This document shows, in pieces, positions 1 to 11,059 of a stretch of 32,000 nucleotides of DNA. Position 1 is the stretch's first letter. Each line of letters opens with the position of its first letter. The notes under the pieces were generated by a model that did not search any database, was not told the origin of the DNA, and worked only from the letters and a program-made list of their open reading frames with translations. The DNA comes from Nitrosospira multiformis ATCC 25196. Lineage in GTDB: Bacteria > Pseudomonadota > Gammaproteobacteria > Burkholderiales > Nitrosomonadaceae. A program made the translations under genes and the position numbers. The stretch spans positions 2,640,001 through 2,672,000 of the forward strand of contig NC_007614.1 of NCBI RefSeq assembly GCF_000196355.1. Reading direction: 5' to 3'.

Positions 1-261
1 CGTATTCTCCATGAGGGAGAGCCAGGCGGCCGGATGCCAGGCGTTCTCGTCAATCCCGGTGGCTTGCGCCGTGGTGGTCGCCAGGATGCCGAACAGGCCG
101 GTGAGCAGGATGAGGGCAAGCCACGGCAGCGCACGCTCCACCCGCGTGACCCAGGGCGAGTGGACGGAGCCGGCAATGGCCAGAAACACGCAGCCCCCCA
201 CCAGGATCATGTTGGACGCCAGCTGCGCCCAGCGCAGGAGCGTCGCGATGACCTCGATCAT
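1..261 (-). CDS. copD: CopD-family copper resistance inner-membrane protein, N-terminal 87 codons only (gene runs off the left edge)
   Basis: The minus-strand frame opens with ATG at 261..259, overlapping the copC TGA (ATGA at 258..261). It reads MIEVIATLLRWAQLASNMILVGGCVFLAIAGSVHSPWVTRVERALPWLALILLTGLFGILATTTAQATGIDENAWHPAAWLSLMENT with no stop to position 1. It is hydrophobic and lies directly after copC, as in copCD pairs. Confidence 0.75.
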   Translation of the reverse strand, partial: MIEVIATLLRWAQLASNMILVGGCVFLAIAGSVHSPWVTRVERALPWLALILLTGLFGILATTTAQATGIDENAWHPAAWLSLMENT

Positions 262-683
262 TTCGCGGCGGCTTTGTTCTTTATCGTGAAGTCGTGGGAC
301 GAGTCAACCACATGCCCGTCCACCGACAGCACCCGGAACTTGACCGTGTACTTGCCCGGGCTCAATTCCGGCAGGGGCAGAACGATGGCTTTGGGGTCGT
401 TGGCATCGATATGCGGTTTGGTTTCGGTGACAGGGGTCTTGGAGGCGTCGAGTACGGAGAGTGCGGCATAGTCCTTTTCGACTTCTTCGTTGAAGAACAG
501 CCGCACCTGGGTGGGGGCCTGGGTCAGTTGCGCGCGGCGCGCAGGTTCTGCCTTGACCAGCATGGCGTGCGCCAGCGCCGGGCTGCTGTGCAGCCCCGCT
601 ACCAGCAGCAGGAACGACAAAAGGCTGCCTGCCAGTAAGTGAACACTTGCTCTCCTGTCGGCAGATATCATCGATGGTTGCAT
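258..683 (-). CDS. copC: CopC-family periplasmic copper-binding protein (141 aa)
   Basis: Taken from ORF 258..737 with the start moved to ATG 683, which follows the SD GAGGAG (aagaggagcaaaaATG). A signal peptide ends ...SPALA, followed by HAMLVKAEP (mature N-terminal His). The conserved SVDGHVV motif is present near the C-terminus. No Met-rich Cu(I) loop is visible, which fits the Cu(II)-only CopC class. Confidence 0.85.
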   Translation of the reverse strand: MQPSMISADRRASVHLLAGSLLSFLLLVAGLHSSPALAHAMLVKAEPARRAQLTQAPTQVRLFFNEEVEKDYAALSVLDASKTPVTETKPHIDANDPKAIVLPLPELSPGKYTVKFRVLSVDGHVVDSSHDFTIKNKAAAK

Positions 684-964
684 TTTTGCTCCTCTTATAT
701 GGGCTCTGCACCCGAAGATCGGGCTTCGGGCAGCCACTGTGGTCCTTGTCTTTTTTATTTGTCCCCGGTTGTTCTTGTTCGATCTGCACCCGGTTGACTT
801 TTTTGTTCCTGCCTTATTGCATCTTGGACTCTTTCCCGCGCTTATGGTTCAGAGGGGGAGCCAGGCCGCGGCCCATGCCCGGGGTGCCCCCTGCACAAAG
901 GGACTGCGGCGAGCCCAAGCTCAAGTCAACCTGAAGTCAGCGCTTACTCTCTTCCTTCCCTTTG

Positions 965-1555
965 CTAGGCGCTTGCACCGGCGGATTTGCGTCCGCGCAG
1001 GAAGAAGACGGCCGCTCCTATGATCACCGCCGCAATGGCGATGATGAGGTAGGGCGACATGCCCTTGGGTTCACCCACGGAGAAGGGGAAGCGCGAGACC
1101 AGCGGTTCCTTGTCGGTGACGGTCACGAGCCCCACGAACTTGCCAGGCTGGGTGAAGTTGTATTCAAAATTGATGGAGCCATTGGGATAGACCTTGGGCG
1201 GTATGTGCAGGATGGTGATTTCATCGAGCTTCTGCTGTTCGTCGGGAGCGGGCTGTCCGCCTGAACCGGTGTCGCGGATGATGCGCACTTCGGTGGGCAG
1301 GGGGCGCAGCGCTTCTTCAATGTAGTCCAGGGCAACTACGGTGCGGCCGGTATTGGGAATGTCTTCGCAGAATTCCTTCTCCTGCGTGGCATCCGGCTGG
1401 TAGCCGGTAAAGTGCATGGTGTAGGGGCCGATGGTGAGCTTGCATATATCATCGGCAAGCGACAGGCCGCCGTGCGCTTCCACCTGGGAGGAGAAGGGCA
1501 GGGCCAGGGCAAATACCAGTCCGATCAAGGCAGGTTTGAGTGAGGATGAGAACAT
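965..1555 (-). CDS. amoD: AmoD (orf5), PmoD/AmoD-family periplasmic copper-associated protein with C-terminal TM helix (196 aa)
   Basis: Taken from ORF 965..1621 with the start moved to ATG 1555 (MFSSSLKPALIGLVFALALPFSSQVEA then HGG...). It is a clear paralogue of the upstream gene, sharing HG-x2-SL-x2-D-x-C...YQP...FC-E/D-IP. It has a C-terminal hydrophobic helix (YLIIAIAAVIIGAAVFF) and sits at the fifth gene position of amoCABED. Confidence 0.85.
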   Translation of the reverse strand: MFSSSLKPALIGLVFALALPFSSQVEAHGGLSLADDICKLTIGPYTMHFTGYQPDATQEKEFCEDIPNTGRTVVALDYIEEALRPLPTEVRIIRDTGSGGQPAPDEQQKLDEITILHIPPKVYPNGSINFEYNFTQPGKFVGLVTVTDKEPLVSRFPFSVGEPKGMSPYLIIAIAAVIIGAAVFFLRGRKSAGASA

Positions 1556-1704
1556 TATCAATTCGCCTATATAAGTATGGTGAGTCAGTGAATCAGTGAT
1601 CCTGCAGGGTCGCGGTTGCATTTATCCGCCGCTGTTTTGCCAGGCTTGTGTCCGGCGCTCCTCTGCAACGGCAGGAGCCGGTTTATCCGGTGACCTTTCC
1701 TGCA

Positions 1705-2295
1705 TTACGGGTTGCGCGAGGAGCGCCAGCGTTGCACGCGCGGGGATTTCACGAGCTTGTATCCCAGCACGGCAAGCAGCAGCAGGGCGATCAGGGGGCC
1801 TACCGCGGCGCGGAATATTTCGGAATAGTTGATCATCTGTACCCGCAGGGGATACTGGTAGCGCAGGGGCGGCACGCCTTCTGCGGTGATGAATACGGTG
1901 TAGAGTCCCTGCTCGAGGGTGGTCTGGCCCTGGATGACACCATCCGGATGGTGCACAGGACGCAGTTGCGTGACCATCTCGTCCTCTTCGCTCGTGCCCC
2001 GTACCACCTTCATGCCAATGGGCATGTCGCGCATGGCAGGGTCGATGAGGTCGATCACGAGGAAGGTATCGCCTCCCTTGGGAATCTCGGTGCAGTATTG
2101 GGCAGTAGGTTCGAATTGCGGCTGGTAGGCGCTCAGATGCACCATGTTCTCGCCGATACGGCGCACGCAGCTGTCTTCTTCCAGCGATTCCTTGCCGTGC
2201 GCGCTAACAAACCCGCTGTAGAGGGTGGTAATCAGCAGCAGCGCCAGGGCACCTGCCCGGCTGCCTTGTCTGCTCGAAGTGCCTTTCGCTTGCAT
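1705..2295 (-). CDS. amoE: AmoE (orf4), PmoD/AmoD-family paralogue with C-terminal TM helix (196 aa)
   Basis: Taken from ORF 1705..2328 with the start moved to ATG 2295 (MQAKGTSSRQGSRAGALALLLITTLYSGFVSA then HGKESL...). The longer start would lie inside the amoB terminator hairpin. It carries the motif C-x7-M-x-H (CVRRIGENMVH) and a C-terminal helix (GPLIALLLLAVLGY). The start codon is uncertain because only a weak SD is present. Confidence 0.8.
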   Translation of the reverse strand: MQAKGTSSRQGSRAGALALLLITTLYSGFVSAHGKESLEEDSCVRRIGENMVHLSAYQPQFEPTAQYCTEIPKGGDTFLVIDLIDPAMRDMPIGMKVVRGTSEEDEMVTQLRPVHHPDGVIQGQTTLEQGLYTVFITAEGVPPLRYQYPLRVQMINYSEIFRAAVGPLIALLLLAVLGYKLVKSPRVQRWRSSRNP

Positions 2296-2310
2296 TTCTC
2301 TAGATTCGTT

Positions 2311-2359
2311 AAAAAAACACCGATCCACCTTGCCGTCTGTAACGGTGGCGGACCGGTGT
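2311..2359 (-). terminator. Rho-independent terminator downstream of amoB
   Basis: The minus-strand RNA is ACACCGGUCCGCC...GGUGGAUCGGUGU, a 13-bp stem with two G-U pairs and a nested CCGU/ACGG stem. It is followed by U7 (A7 on the plus strand at 2311..2317). It ends 16 nt before the amoE ATG. Confidence 0.8.
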
Positions 2360-2476
2360 TTGCATGCTGCCTGTTCCAGTCTTGGCCCGGTTTCTGCCCT
2401 GGTCGGGCAGGAGCCGGGCGGCTTTTTAGGATTGACCCGGGATTAGTCCTGTAGGGCTTGCCCCCGGGGTTTGTCC

Positions 2477-4564
<2,088 letters not shown>

Positions 4565-4800
4565 TTACGCGACTAAAACATATCAATCGTTGCCGTGCTG
4601 CTCTACTGCTTGCCATCCTCGCAGTCCCTGATGACGTTGCCGCGAATTCCCGGGAACCTCGTGATTCAACAAGGGTCTACATGACTGTATAAATCCCTTG
4701 TCGCTTCCTTGTTGCTCCCGGATCCGGCGACTCCCTTCCCCTTTTGCTCCAGGTGCCGCCGCTTCGCATTGCTTGAGTCTGCCCGGCTGTGTTACCGCTG

Positions 4801-4834
4801 GCCGCATCGCTCTCCTGTTCGGAGGCGATGCGGC
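4801..4834 (-). other. Strong RNA stem-loop 36-69 nt downstream of the amoC stop (no U-tract)
   Basis: gccgcatcgc (4801..4810) pairs perfectly with gcgatgcggc (4825..4834). In addition, ctcc (4812..4815) pairs with ggag (4821..4824), with one bulged base and a 5-nt loop. On the transcript strand it is followed by CCAGCGG, not a U run. Confidence 0.6.
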
Positions 4835-4869
4835 TATTGCTGCTTATGCGTGTGTCAGCGAGTCAGTCC

Positions 4870-5766
<897 letters not shown>

Positions 5767-5981
5767 TCAACTCCGGCAGAAGCGCTTGCCCTTCATGCTT
5801 CCAACTTCCAACATCCGCTTGCTGCCGCTTCTCTACTGCACAAAACCCGGCGCGCAAGAACAAATTGTCGCTTACTTCCCAATACCGGCAGCACCAAACA
5901 GCCGCACCAGAACACCCAAATCCTTCCCTGGTACCACCTTTATTGCCGCTACCAGTACTTTACATACCCATAAGCCCGCAA

Positions 5982-6011
5982 AGACTACTCCCCGCCATAC
6001 CCTTAAGTCAA
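5982..6011 (-). promoter_or_regulatory. Candidate sigma-70 promoter for amoC (TTGACT-N18-TAGTCT)
   Basis: The minus strand reads ctgcTTGACTtaagggtatggcggggagTAGTCTttgc. The -35 is at 6006..6011 and the -10 at 5982..5987. This would give a leader of roughly 275 nt. The call rests on the hexamer match only. Confidence 0.3.
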
Positions 6012-6092
6012 GCAGTTTGTCAGAAGGCAAACAGGGTAAAATGCGCGATAATCTATTGATCCTTAGCTATACTAGGCATTACAAGGGCTGCA

Positions 6093-6107
6093 GCATATCT
6101 CGTGCCA
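6093..6107 (-). promoter_or_regulatory. Candidate sigma-54 (-24/-12) promoter element oriented toward amoC
   Basis: The minus strand reads cTGGCACGagatATGCt, against the consensus YTGGCACGR-N3-TTGCW. There is one mismatch, the first T of TTGC. An AT-rich tract lies immediately upstream. Confidence 0.4.
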
Positions 6108-6353
6108 GAAAAATTATTCATATAATATTCAATAAGTTGTATTGTTATCCCTATACTTTTTCTTGCTCATATGTAAGAAAACCCGACATCCCCTGAGGCT
6201 CGCAGAACCCGGATAGGAGAGGTATCAGCACGAAAAGCCTGTCATTCTTTACTGGCCAGTCTGTATCCATAATTTGTACATCCCGCAGGATTCGTATTTC
6301 ATCCTGACCGCGTTTATCATACCCCTTTCCACCCCGATCACCGCTGATCTGGC

Positions 6354-8558
6354 ATGTCCATCATTCGCGTTGCGCTTGATAAGCCTTTGAATACACTTTT
6401 CGATTATCTCGGCCCGGCAGGAGTAACAGAGCAGGATATCGGTTGTCGCGTATTCGTTCCCTTTGGAAAAAGTCGCATGACGGGGGTTATCATGGAGGTA
6501 GCCTCTTACTCCGACATTTCCCCGGACAAGATCAAGCAAGCCGGTCAGGTATTCCGCGATGTTCCACCCCTCCCCCCGGAGTTGCTCGATTTATTCCGTT
6601 TTTGCAGCGAGTATTACCACCACCCCCTGGGAGAAGTGGTAATGAATGGCCTACCAATCAGATTGCGCGGCAGTCAACCTTTTTTCATTCGCACGGCTCC
6701 CATCGTTTTTCAATATCGCCTCACGACGAAGGGTCGCGCTGTCGATATATCGGCCATTCCGGGTCGCAGCATCGCCAAACGTAGACTTCTGGTAAAGCTG
6801 AAGGAGTCCGGGATGATCGAAGATGGAGAGGCAAAGCAATTTTCCAGCCGAACCTCCGAGGCCATGAAGGAGTTCGTCGGTTTGCAATGGGTGGAAGAAA
6901 TACCTCTTGCGCCCCCTGTGGTTTCGACGTCTCCGTCTCAAGAAACATCCCCGCTCCCCGTCCTGACCCCCGCGCAGAAAAATGCGATCGATGCAATAGT
7001 CCCGAAAATGGGGGAATTCCATACATGGCTATTGCATGGAGTGACGGGCAGCGGAAAAACGGAGATATACCTGCAATTGATTTCACTGCTGCTGCGCCAG
7101 GCACGACAGACGCTCGTCCTCGTCCCGGAGATCAACCTGACGCCACAATTGGAGCTCATCTTCCGCGCTCGCTTTCCCGGAGTAAGGCTGGTCAGCCTCC
7201 ATAGCGGATTAAATCCCACTGAACGCGCCGAAGGATGGGTCCAGGCGCAGCATGGAGAAGCCGAAATAATACTGGGTACCCGGCTCGCTGTATTTACTCC
7301 GCTCCCAAGGCTGGGAATGATCATCGTGGATGAGGAGCACGATCTCTCATTCAAACAGCAGGAGGGTTTGCGCTACTCGGCGCGGGATGTCGCTGTCTTT
7401 CGTGCAAAGCGCGCCGGAATACCCATAGTATTGGGTTCGGCCACTCCGTCACTCGAAACCTATTACAACGCCATTACAGGACGCTATCTCCTGTTGCGCC
7501 TGCCCTCGCGCGCTCCCGACAATGCCTCCCTGCCCACGGTGCAGTATATCGATATCGGTAAAATAAAAACCCAGGAGGGCTTTTCCCCTCCGGTCATCGC
7601 CGCGCTGGAAAAAGGTCTGGCATCAAACCAGCAAAGCCTGGTTTTTATAAACCGTCGTGGTTACGCGCCAATTCTGCTATGCAGGGCATGCGGGTGGACA
7701 GCGCTCTGCCATCGCTGCTCTAGCCGTCTGGTTGTCCACTTGCGCGAAAAAAAACTGCGCTGTCACCATTGCGGCCATCAAGCGGAATTTCCCAGCCTCT
7801 GTCCGGAATGCGGGAATCAGGATATTGCTCCTTTTGGTCACGGCACACAACGAATCGAAGCTGCATTGACCCGGCTTTTTCCCGATGCCCGCATCGCCCG
7901 GATAGATCGCGACAGCACGAGGCGGAAAGATTCCTGGCAGCGGATATTGAAAGATATTCGTGAGCAACGCGTGGACATACTCGTAGGCACGCAGATTCTC
8001 GCGAAAGGACACGATTTTCCAAATCTATCGCTGGTCAGTATTCTGAATTCCGACGCCTCCCTGTTCAGCACCGATTTCCGCGCATCGGAGCGATTGTTTG
8101 CCCAATTGATGCAGGTAGCCGGACGCGCGGGCCGTTCAGGTACCCCGGGGGAAGTTTTGATTCAAACCCGGTTCCCCGATCACCCGCTCTACCGCGCCCT
8201 GTACCAGCACGATTACGACGCGCTTGCCCGGATTCTGCTGGAAGAGAGGAAAACCGCGCATTTCCCGCCATTCGTCTATCAGGCTCTATTACGGGCGGAG
8301 GCGCCGGCAATCGCTACCACACTCGCCTTTCTTGCCAAGGCGGCAACCTTGGCAAAAGCGCCACACCAGATTAAGGTATTTGATCCGGTTCCGGCCCAAA
8401 TGGCGCGGCTGAAGGGAATGGAGCGCGCTTATCTGCTGGTGCAGTCAAGGTCCAGAAAGAAGCTGCAGGAATTCCTCGGGAACTGGCGCACGAAGCTCGA
8501 CAGCCTTCCCAGCCATAAAGTGCGCTGGACGCTGGACATCGACCCGCTGGAATTCTAG
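6354..8558 (+). CDS. priA: Primosomal protein N' (replication restart helicase PriA, 734 aa)
   Basis: Walker A is present (LLHGVTGSGKTEIY), along with the DEEH box (IIVDEEHDLSFKQ). The Cys-rich zinc region CRACGW...CHRCSS...CHHCGH...CPECG is present, and the N-terminus is typical (VALDKPLNTLFDY). Confidence 0.93.
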   Translation: MSIIRVALDKPLNTLFDYLGPAGVTEQDIGCRVFVPFGKSRMTGVIMEVASYSDISPDKIKQAGQVFRDVPPLPPELLDLFRFCSEYYHHPLGEVVMNGLPIRLRGSQPFFIRTAPIVFQYRLTTKGRAVDISAIPGRSIAKRRLLVKLKESGMIEDGEAKQFSSRTSEAMKEFVGLQWVEEIPLAPPVVSTSPSQETSPLPVLTPAQKNAIDAIVPKMGEFHTWLLHGVTGSGKTEIYLQLISLLLRQARQTLVLVPEINLTPQLELIFRARFPGVRLVSLHSGLNPTERAEGWVQAQHGEAEIILGTRLAVFTPLPRLGMIIVDEEHDLSFKQQEGLRYSARDVAVFRAKRAGIPIVLGSATPSLETYYNAITGRYLLLRLPSRAPDNASLPTVQYIDIGKIKTQEGFSPPVIAALEKGLASNQQSLVFINRRGYAPILLCRACGWTALCHRCSSRLVVHLREKKLRCHHCGHQAEFPSLCPECGNQDIAPFGHGTQRIEAALTRLFPDARIARIDRDSTRRKDSWQRILKDIREQRVDILVGTQILAKGHDFPNLSLVSILNSDASLFSTDFRASERLFAQLMQVAGRAGRSGTPGEVLIQTRFPDHPLYRALYQHDYDALARILLEERKTAHFPPFVYQALLRAEAPAIATTLAFLAKAATLAKAPHQIKVFDPVPAQMARLKGMERAYLLVQSRSRKKLQEFLGNWRTKLDSLPSHKVRWTLDIDPLEF

Positions 8559-8714
8559 GAATATCTGCATAGGGTTCCTCTGGAACATTCCCGAGGCAGG
8601 GCGGCGTCATGGGGACGGATGATTTGATTTATACTCGTCACTTTTTTCTGAAGCAACGATAGAAAGTGGTTTTTAAGGACCCCGGTCTTTGCAAGCCATT
8701 CCATCGGGAACATT

Positions 8715-10145
8715 ATGACGGCCTCAAAAAGCACGGAAACCCTGCCCGGCGATAACACAAACACATGGTCAGGACGCTTTGATGAACCGGTTTCAGAACT
8801 GGTTCAGCGGTACACAGCGTCGGTCGGTTTCGACAAGCGACTGGCAGAGTACGATATCCAGGGATCTCTCGCACATGCGCGCATGCTCGCTGCGGGTGGC
8901 ATTATCGGCCCTCACGACCTCGACGCAATCGAACGGGGCCTGAGCCAGATCCGGCAGGAAATCCAGGGTGGCGGATTTGTCTGGCAGTTGGCTCTGGAGG
9001 ACGTTCATCTCAATATCGAGAAGCGTCTGACTGCGCTGATTGGTGACGCCGGGAAACGGCTGCACACGGCACGTTCCCGTAATGATCAAGTAGCGACGGA
9101 CATACGGCTCTATTTGCGCGCCTCCATCGACCGGATTACCGCCCTGATCCATGCAATGCAGAAGGCGTTGCTGCATCTGGCGGAGCAGCATGTCGATACG
9201 GTGATGCCCGGCTTCACGCACCTGCAGGTCGCGCAACCCATCGTCTTCGGACACCATCTCATTGCCTATTTCGAAATGCTGAAACGCGACGTGGAGCGTC
9301 TGGCCGACTGCAGAAAGCGCGTGAACAAACTTCCACTGGGAGCAGCCGCGCTGGCAGGAACAAGCTATTCCGTCGATCGCGCGATGGTAGCGCAGGAACT
9401 GGGTTTCGAGGGTGTCTGCGAAAATTCGCTGGATGCCGTTTCCGATCGGGATTTTGCCATTGAATTCTGTGCAGCAGCAGCGCTGATCATGACGCATCTG
9501 TCGCGCCTGTCCGAGGAACTCATCTTGTGGATGAGTCCACCTTTCGGATTTATCGACCTGGCTGACCGCTTCTGTACGGGGTCATCCATCATGCCACAAA
9601 AGAAAAACCCGGATGTGCCCGAGCTGGTGCGCGGCAAAACCGGGCGTGTGAACGGACATCTGGTCGCGTTGCTGACTCTGATGAAGGCCCAGCCGCTCGC
9701 GTACAACAAGGATAACCAGGAAGACAAGGAGCCTTTGTTCGATACGGTAGATACATTGACTGACACGCTGCGCATTTATGCCGATATGATGGCAGGTATA
9801 CGCGTCAAGGAGACTGCGATGCGGGAAGCGGCGAAGCGCGGGTACGCTACTGCTACCGATCTTGCCGATTATCTGACAAAAAAAGGATTGCCTTTCCGTG
9901 AAGCGCATGAAGCAGTGGCACAAGCAGTGCGCTTCGCCGAAAAGAACAACCGGGACTTAAGCGCGCTCACCCTGCCAGAGCTACAGCAATTCTCTCCGTT
10001 GATCGAGGACGATATCTTCACTGTGCTGACGCTGGAAGGGTCGTTAAATAGCCGCAATCACATTGGCGGTACTGCCCCGGTACAGGTTGCCGCCGCTATA
10101 CGGCGGGCGAGAGAATGGCTATCCGCAACCCCAGCCGCGCAATAG
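8715..10145 (+). CDS. argH: Argininosuccinate lyase (476 aa)
   Basis: WSGRFDEP...[12 protein letters not shown] is present, followed by [22 protein letters not shown] and the fumarate-lyase signature [12 protein letters not shown]. Confidence 0.95.
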   Translation: MTASKSTETLPGDNTNTWSGRFDEPVSELVQRYTASVGFDKRLAEYDIQGSLAHARMLAAGGIIGPHDLDAIERGLSQIRQEIQGGGFVWQLALEDVHLNIEKRLTALIGDAGKRLHTARSRNDQVATDIRLYLRASIDRITALIHAMQKALLHLAEQHVDTVMPGFTHLQVAQPIVFGHHLIAYFEMLKRDVERLADCRKRVNKLPLGAAALAGTSYSVDRAMVAQELGFEGVCENSLDAVSDRDFAIEFCAAAALIMTHLSRLSEELILWMSPPFGFIDLADRFCTGSSIMPQKKNPDVPELVRGKTGRVNGHLVALLTLMKAQPLAYNKDNQEDKEPLFDTVDTLTDTLRIYADMMAGIRVKETAMREAAKRGYATATDLADYLTKKGLPFREAHEAVAQAVRFAEKNNRDLSALTLPELQQFSPLIEDDIFTVLTLEGSLNSRNHIGGTAPVQVAAAIRRAREWLSATPAAQ

Positions 10146-10157
10146 TCTGAAGCAATT

Positions 10158-11042
10158 ATGCAATCCTGGACAGAAATCGCGGTGCAAATCTCCCATTCCA
10201 CCGGTACCCCTTTTACCATACAAACAGCTTCTCCCATGGGTGGCGGTTGCATCAGCCAGGCATATCGAATCGAAGGGAACGGCCAACGATTCTTCGTCAA
10301 GCTGAACAACCCGGAATGTCTTTCGATGTTTGAGGCGGAGGCCGCGGGGCTTCAGGAAATTCGTAATTCCCGCAGCCTACGTGCACCTGCGCCAGTATGC
10401 TGGAGCGGAAATACTTCCATTGCATGGCTGGTGCTGGAATATGTGGAGATGCATGCAGGTTCCAAAGAAGGTGCCCATGCGCTGGGAGAAGGATTGGCTA
10501 CAATGCACCGTGTCTCTTCCGGGGAATTCGGGTGGACATGCAATAACACCATTGGAGCGACCCCCCAAATCAACGCACCTTCGTCCAGCTGGACCGATTT
10601 CTGGCGCAAGCACCGTTTAGGGTATCAACTGCAATTGGCGAAGGCCAATGGCTACTCGGGACGGCTGCAGACGCAGGGGGAGCGATTGATGGGGGAATTG
10701 GACCGCTTCTTTCCTGACGGACACCCTGTCGTGTCGCTCCTGCACGGCGACCTCTGGAGCGGCAACTACAATTTCGATGAAACGGGACAACCCGTCATAT
10801 TTGATCCTGCCGTCTACTACGGAGACCGCGAAACCGATATTGCGATGACTGAACTGTTTGGCGGCTTTCCCGCCAGTTTTTATGCGGCTTACCGGTCCGC
10901 CTACCCGCTGGATCCGGGTTATGCAACCCGCAAAACCCTCTACAACCTGTATCACATACTGAACCATCTCAACCTGTTCGGCGGGGGATACCTCAGCCAA
11001 GCGGAGCAGATGATGGGTAGACTGCTGGCGGAAATCCGCTGA
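10158..11042 (+). CDS. Fructosamine/ketosamine kinase family protein (294 aa)
   Basis: Motifs seen are GGCISQAYRI...FVKLN and LLHGDLWSGNYNFD...VIFDPAVYYGDRETDIAMTELFGGF, which are characteristic of the fructosamine-3-kinase / YniA family. Confidence 0.85.
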   Translation: MQSWTEIAVQISHSTGTPFTIQTASPMGGGCISQAYRIEGNGQRFFVKLNNPECLSMFEAEAAGLQEIRNSRSLRAPAPVCWSGNTSIAWLVLEYVEMHAGSKEGAHALGEGLATMHRVSSGEFGWTCNNTIGATPQINAPSSSWTDFWRKHRLGYQLQLAKANGYSGRLQTQGERLMGELDRFFPDGHPVVSLLHGDLWSGNYNFDETGQPVIFDPAVYYGDRETDIAMTELFGGFPASFYAAYRSAYPLDPGYATRKTLYNLYHILNHLNLFGGGYLSQAEQMMGRLLAEIR

Positions 11043-11059
11043 GGTCCGCTTCGGGGCTG

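Noticed and set aside
640-683. Possible twin-arginine (Tat) signal in CopC (ADRRASVHLL).
   Set aside because: The RR pair lacks the usual S/T-R-R-x-F-L-K context, and this cannot be judged without a predictor. It is left as an ordinary signal peptide.
4643-4727. Adjacent EcoRI/SmaI sites (GAATTCCCGGG) and a BamHI-containing palindrome in the amoC-amoA spacer, superficially polylinker-like.
   Set aside because: The flanking sequence does not match any cloning-vector polylinker I know, and the context is continuous native amo sequence. I treated them only as palindromes.
5767-5814. Tiny upstream ORFs in the amoC leader (MLEVGSMKGKRFCRS, 15 aa, with an internal 9-aa version; also 12-aa and 3-aa ORFs near 5950..5995).
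   Set aside because: They are too short to evaluate and have weak or ambiguous SD sequences. Conservation cannot be assessed from one sequence. ORFs like these are expected by chance in a 300-nt leader.
6249-6539. 96-aa minus-strand ORF overlapping the priA start and the amoC-priA intergenic region.
   Set aside because: It has no recognisable motifs, overlaps the well-supported priA N-terminus, and has no SD. It is likely spurious.
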